Source: Actinomycetota bacterium (GTDB taxonomy: Bacteria > Actinomycetota > Acidimicrobiia > Spongiisociales > UBA5794). From it: 59,821 nt of DNA. A program made the translations under genes and the position numbers. Shown here piece after piece: positions 55,645 through 59,821 of this stretch (position 1 is the stretch's first letter; every line of letters begins with the position of its first letter). The notes under the pieces are model-generated. The model had not been told where the DNA came from, ran no database searches, and worked only from the letters and a program-made list of their open reading frames with translations. The stretch lies in NCBI GenBank assembly GCA_034660035.1, contig JAYEIJ010000079.1, positions 2,405 to 62,225 of the forward strand, in the 5' to 3' direction.

Positions 55645-56702
55645 CACTGCCGCGCGTTCTGTCGATCGATCATGATCTGGATGCCGGTCCGGTCGCTCGG
55701 CGGGAGCGCGGCGTCGCTGAGCGACTTCGGCTCGACCCTCTGACCCCATTGGATCGCGGTCGCTCCCCAGGTGAGGCCAGCTCCGAACGCAACGAGAACG
55801 AGCTTCGCTCCGGGCTTCAAGCGACCGCGATCGATGGCCTCTGAAAGAGCGATCGGGATCGTGGCGGCCGATGTGTTCCCGTATGCGTCGATGTTCGTGT
55901 ACACCTTGTCCGGATCGATGCCGAGGCGCTTCGTCGTGGCGTCGATGATCCTGATGTTGGCCTGATGCGGGATCAGCAGATCCACCTCATCGATCGACCA
56001 TCCGGCGTCGGCGAGCGCCTTTTCGGCTGCAGCGCCCATGCCGACAACGGCGTTCCTGAACACCTCGCGGCCGTCCATCACGACCCGCACCGGCGAGGGA
56101 ATCTCCATCCACGATGAACCGGCGCCCTCGATGGTCAGTGCTCCGGCGAGATTGCCATCCGAGCCGACATTGATCGATCGGATGCCTTCGTCGGTGTCCG
56201 ACGGTTCGAGGATGACGGCGCCGGATCCGTCGCCGAACAGCACCGCCGTATCACGGTTCTCGAGATCGAGATACGGCGTGAGACGCTCGGATCCGAGGAG
56301 GAGGATTCGGCGGGCCGATCCGGTGGCGATGAGGCCGGCGGCGAGATTGAGTCCGTAGATGAAGCCGGTGCAGCCGGCGTTGGTGTCGGTCGCCGCGGCG
56401 TTGACGGCGCCGAGCTTCGCCTGGAGATGGCAGGCCATCGCGGGGATGAAGCGGTCGGGTGTGCAGGTCGCAACAAGGATGTAGTCGAGATCTGTCGCTT
56501 CGAGTCCGGCGGCCGCCAGAGCTTGACGGGACGCGACAAGCGCCATGTCGGAGTTGTCGACATGGGAGACCCTCCGCTGCCGGATGCCGGAGCGCGTGGC
56601 GATCCACTCATCCGACGTATCGATGACGGATGCGAGATCGTCGTTCGTCACGGTCGGTTCCGGCATACAACGGCCCCAGCCGGTGATCATCGCTCGCTGC
56701 AT
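55644..56702 (-). CDS. fabH: 3-oxoacyl-ACP synthase III
   Basis: Catalytic Cys (NAGCTGFIYGL), His (HQANIRI), Asn (GNTSAA). Confidence 0.9.
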   Translation of the reverse strand: MQRAMITGWGRCMPEPTVTNDDLASVIDTSDEWIATRSGIRQRRVSHVDNSDMALVASRQALAAAGLEATDLDYILVATCTPDRFIPAMACHLQAKLGAVNAAATDTNAGCTGFIYGLNLAAGLIATGSARRILLLGSERLTPYLDLENRDTAVLFGDGSGAVILEPSDTDEGIRSINVGSDGNLAGALTIEGAGSSWMEIPSPVRVVMDGREVFRNAVVGMGAAAEKALADAGWSIDEVDLLIPHQANIRIIDATTKRLGIDPDKVYTNIDAYGNTSAATIPIALSEAIDRGRLKPGAKLVLVAFGAGLTWGATAIQWGQRVEPKSLSDAALPPSDRTGIQIMIDRQNARQ

Positions 56703-56727
56703 TCGCGTTCCTCCTCAGACAGATCGG

Positions 56728-57663
56728 TCATTGTACGGACGGGTCGCTCGCGACCGCGGCGATTCCATCGAGATCGGATACCACGTGCACGACGGCGTCC
56801 GTGAGCGTTCGTTTGACGAGGCCGGCCGTCACGTCTCCCGGTCCGACGTGGATGAAGGTCGTGATCCCGTCGGCTGCCATCCGTTCGAGCGTCGCTGCGA
56901 ATTGGACCGGCCGGATCAATTGCTCGCCGAGTTGCCGGATCGGATCCTCCACCGGCCGTCCCGTCGTGTTCGCATACACCGTGAACGACGGCTCCGCGAA
57001 CTCGACCCGTTCCAGAGCGGTCGTCAGTCGTTCGGCGGCCGGCGCCATGTAGGGCGAGTGGAACGCCCCGGCGACGTCGAGAGGAATCGCCCGACGGATA
57101 CCCAGCGACCGGGCGTTCTCGCCGAGCCACTCGATGTCAAGCCGGCTGCCGGCCAGCACGATCTGTGATGGTGTGTTCACGTTCGCGACCCAGAGTCTTC
57201 CGCCTTCCGCCCGCCGTCCGGCAGCAACACTCTCGGCCTGCTCGAGGTCGGCACCGATGAGTGCGGCCATGCCCGACGGGTCGCTCGCCGAAGGCGCGTC
57301 GGCCATCGCCCGGCCACGTTCAGCGACGAGCGCCAGTCCATCTTCGTACGAGAGCGCTCCCGCAGCCGCCAGTGCCGTGTACTCACCGAGGGAGTGCCCG
57401 GCCGATGCGGCGGGTGGTGTCGGCAGTGCATCGCGCAACGCCTCCCACAGGGCGTACGAGACCGCGTACAGGGCCGGCTGAGCATGTTCGGTCTTCGTCA
57501 GTTCTTCCTGCGGGCCGTCGGTGATGAGCTCTTCGAGCGACCATCCGAGGACTCTGTCGGCGGTTTCGACCAGCAACTCGGGGCGCGTAGAGAAGAGGTC
57601 GGCACCCATGCCGACCTTCTGACTCCCCTGGCCGGGGAACAAGATGGCGTATCCGGACATCAC
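56728..57663 (-). CDS. fabD: malonyl CoA-ACP transacylase
   Basis: FPGQGSQ start and active-site GHSLGEY. Confidence 0.9.
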   Translation of the reverse strand: MMSGYAILFPGQGSQKVGMGADLFSTRPELLVETADRVLGWSLEELITDGPQEELTKTEHAQPALYAVSYALWEALRDALPTPPAASAGHSLGEYTALAAAGALSYEDGLALVAERGRAMADAPSASDPSGMAALIGADLEQAESVAAGRRAEGGRLWVANVNTPSQIVLAGSRLDIEWLGENARSLGIRRAIPLDVAGAFHSPYMAPAAERLTTALERVEFAEPSFTVYANTTGRPVEDPIRQLGEQLIRPVQFAATLERMAADGITTFIHVGPGDVTAGLVKRTLTDAVVHVVSDLDGIAAVASDPSVQ

Positions 57664-57770
57664 AGCTCCGCTCTGCTGTCGCTCTGTGTACCGACCCCCG
57701 GGGTGTCACCGGGGTTTCAACAACGCTTCGACGCTAGCCTCGCGCAGTACCTCACGAGGAGTTCTCGCAC

Positions 57771-59821
57771 ATGACCGACTGTCGTTCTCAACTCGCCGCG
57801 TCCGTCCCGGTGGGCCCCAAAGCTCCGCTCCGGATCCCGAGCGATTTTCTCAGGCTCTACGACCTCTCATACAACCTCTGGTGGTCGTGGGACCCGGTCG
57901 CGCGCGATCTGTGGAGCCGGATCGATCCGCAAGCGTGGGCCGCCACGCGCAATCCCATCGGCCTGCTCCAGGTGGTCGAACCTTCGACCTGGGAGGCGCT
58001 CGCGGCGAGCGGGAGCTTCAACGAACTCTACGACGAGGTCGTCGAACGATTCGATCGGTATCTCTCGAGCGATCAGACCTGGTTCGACACGAACCACGGC
58101 GGCGAACTCGAGGGCCCGGTTGCCTATCTCTGCGCCGAGTACGGCATCAACGAGAAGCTCCCGTTCTACTCAGGTGGACTCGGCGTGCTCGCTGGTGATC
58201 ACGTCAAGTCGGCGTCGGATCTCGGCATCCCCCTGATCGCCGTCGGCCTGCTGTATCGGCGTGGCTTCTTCCGTCAGGCCGTCGATCCCGACGGCTGGCA
58301 GCAGCACACGTACCAGCGCCTGGAGATGCGCAGACGTCCCATTCGCGAAGTGCTCGATCCCCACAGCGGACGCCCCCTTCGCGTGTCGCTCGCCCTCAAC
58401 GGCCGGGACGTCTCCATCGGAGCATGGCGGATCGACGTCGGACGGGTACCCCTGATCTTGCTCGACACCAACCTCCCTGAGAACGACCCCGCTGATCGTC
58501 CGATCACCCACATCCTCTACGTGCGAGGCCGGGAGGCTCGATTCGCGCAGGAGACCGTGCTCGGAATCGGTGGAGCGCGAGTGCTGCGAGCGCTCGAAAT
58601 CGAACCATCGATGTGGCACGTCAACGAGGGTCACGCGGCGTTGAGCCTCCTCGAACGCCTGTCCTGGGAGATCGACGCCGGTCACGATCTCGAAACGGCG
58701 AAGCGATCGGTCGCCGACCGAACGCTGTTCACTCTGCACACCCCGGTACCCGCGGGGAACGAGACCTTCGACCCCTTGCTCGCGGCTGCAGCCCTCGGCG
58801 GGACGATCGAGGGAGTTGACACCGAGAGCCAGCGAAACCTCGCCAGAAGCGGGTCGAACGACGGCGGCGTGTTCGACATGGGAGCGTTGGCCATCCGCCT
58901 GTCCGATCGTACGAACGGAGTCTCGATCCGGCATGCGGATATCGTCACACGCGACTGGGGAGAACTCATCGGAGGACCGGCGTTCGCCGTCACGAACGGA
59001 GTTCATCCATCAACCTGGCTCGGCCGCCCCATGTGGCGCCTCCTTGAGAGCGCCCTCGGCCACGACTGGGTCGATCGGGTCCATGAACCTGCCGAGTGGA
59101 GCGCCATCCGAGACATCGACGACGCCAAGATCTGGCGCGCCCACGAGTCCCAGCGCGAGTTGATGACCCGTCGACTCCGGACCCGTCTTCGCGAGGAGTA
59201 CGCCCGCCACGGTGTGGGATCCCGTCGGTTGCGGTGGCTCGACGATCAACTGCCGGCCGATCGCCTCACCATCGGCTTCGCCCGGCGGTTCGCCACGTAC
59301 AAGCGGGCCGGGATGCTCTTCACCGATCCGAACCGTCTCGAGGCGATCCTCAAGAACCCCGAACGGCCCGTCCAACTCGTGTTCGCAGGAAAGGCACACC
59401 CCGCCGATCGAGAAGGTCAAGCGCTTATCAAGCACGTCTTCGACATGTCCCACGACGGGCGGTACGAGGGCCACCTGTTCTTCGTCGAGGACTACGACCT
59501 GCGGCTCGGACGGACCCTGGTCACCGGGTCCGACGTGTGGCTCAATACGCCGGTCCCACCACGCGAGGCAAGCGGCACCTCCGGTATGAAGTCCGCTGCG
59601 AACGGCGGTCTCAACCTCAGCGTCCTCGATGGCTGGTGGGTCGAGGGATTCGACGGCACCAACGGCTGGGGATTCGGCGAACATTCCTCATCGGACGAAG
59701 AGGACGCGAACACCCTGTACCGCTTGCTCGAATCGGAGGTCGTTCCGACGTTCTACGACCGGGACGAGGATGGTCTGCCCCGAGCGTGGATCGCCATGAT
59801 GAAGTCGGCCATGATCACCGG
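57771..59821 (+). CDS. glgP: alpha-glucan phosphorylase (GT35, GlgP family), 3'-truncated by the window edge
   Basis: Absent from the ORF track because no stop is reached. My translation from ATG 57771 (GAGGAG upstream) reads MTDCRSQL...YLCAEYGINEKLPFYSGGLGVLAGDHVKSASDLGIPL... and the PLP-lysine motif EASGTSGMK near 59570-59590. Confidence 0.85.
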   Translation, partial: MTDCRSQLAASVPVGPKAPLRIPSDFLRLYDLSYNLWWSWDPVARDLWSRIDPQAWAATRNPIGLLQVVEPSTWEALAASGSFNELYDEVVERFDRYLSSDQTWFDTNHGGELEGPVAYLCAEYGINEKLPFYSGGLGVLAGDHVKSASDLGIPLIAVGLLYRRGFFRQAVDPDGWQQHTYQRLEMRRRPIREVLDPHSGRPLRVSLALNGRDVSIGAWRIDVGRVPLILLDTNLPENDPADRPITHILYVRGREARFAQETVLGIGGARVLRALEIEPSMWHVNEGHAALSLLERLSWEIDAGHDLETAKRSVADRTLFTLHTPVPAGNETFDPLLAAAALGGTIEGVDTESQRNLARSGSNDGGVFDMGALAIRLSDRTNGVSIRHADIVTRDWGELIGGPAFAVTNGVHPSTWLGRPMWRLLESALGHDWVDRVHEPAEWSAIRDIDDAKIWRAHESQRELMTRRLRTRLREEYARHGVGSRRLRWLDDQLPADRLTIGFARRFATYKRAGMLFTDPNRLEAILKNPERPVQLVFAGKAHPADREGQALIKHVFDMSHDGRYEGHLFFVEDYDLRLGRTLVTGSDVWLNTPVPPREASGTSGMKSAANGGLNLSVLDGWWVEGFDGTNGWGFGEHSSSDEEDANTLYRLLESEVVPTFYDRDEDGLPRAWIAMMKSAMIT

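Overview
High-GC (about 65%) chromosomal segment whose gene order is typical of Actinomycetota; no database search was possible. Most of it is core genome. It holds a complete division/cell-wall (dcw) cluster on the minus strand: mraZ-rsmH-ftsL-ftsI-murE-murF-mraY-murD-ftsW-murG-murC-murB-ftsQ-ftsZ-pgeF-yggS-sepF-yggT. Also present: ileS, a dksA-like gene, lspA, rluD, a WS/DGAT acyltransferase, two tandem phosphofructokinases, dnaE, a pair of ArsA/Get3-like ATPases, a long ThyX-like protein, xpt, nth, trpE, a MoxR-DUF58-transglutaminase operon, MerR, DUF3040, dinB, a type II fatty-acid synthesis operon (fabD-fabH-fabG-acpP-fabF) and a 3'-truncated alpha-glucan phosphorylase. I found no rRNA, tRNA or CRISPR array. 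The most unusual signal is non-coding. At least eight intergenic sites carry phase-perfect tandem arrays of 7- or 8-nt units (ACAGC-type, GTAG/CTAC-type, GCTGG/CCAGC-type). These are often arranged as inverted arrays that can form long hairpins, and they repeatedly contain the stop codons of flanking genes. Two further repeats occur: a 23-nt hairpin-plus-GTAGTC module in two places in opposite orientation, and a roughly 150-nt element in two copies (7700-7845 and 45955-46107) that differ in length by exactly 7 nt. Other points: a clear mraZ promoter overlapped by four GTGG boxes at exact 10-nt spacing, a candidate ileS T-box leader, and two small accessory patches. One patch is a DUF222-HNH gene bracketed by repeat arrays. 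The other is a small HNH nuclease divergent from a serine-recombinase-like protein that lacks the catalytic residues. I did not recognise a defined novel multi-gene system. Many start codons were re-assigned from the ORF track and remain predictions.
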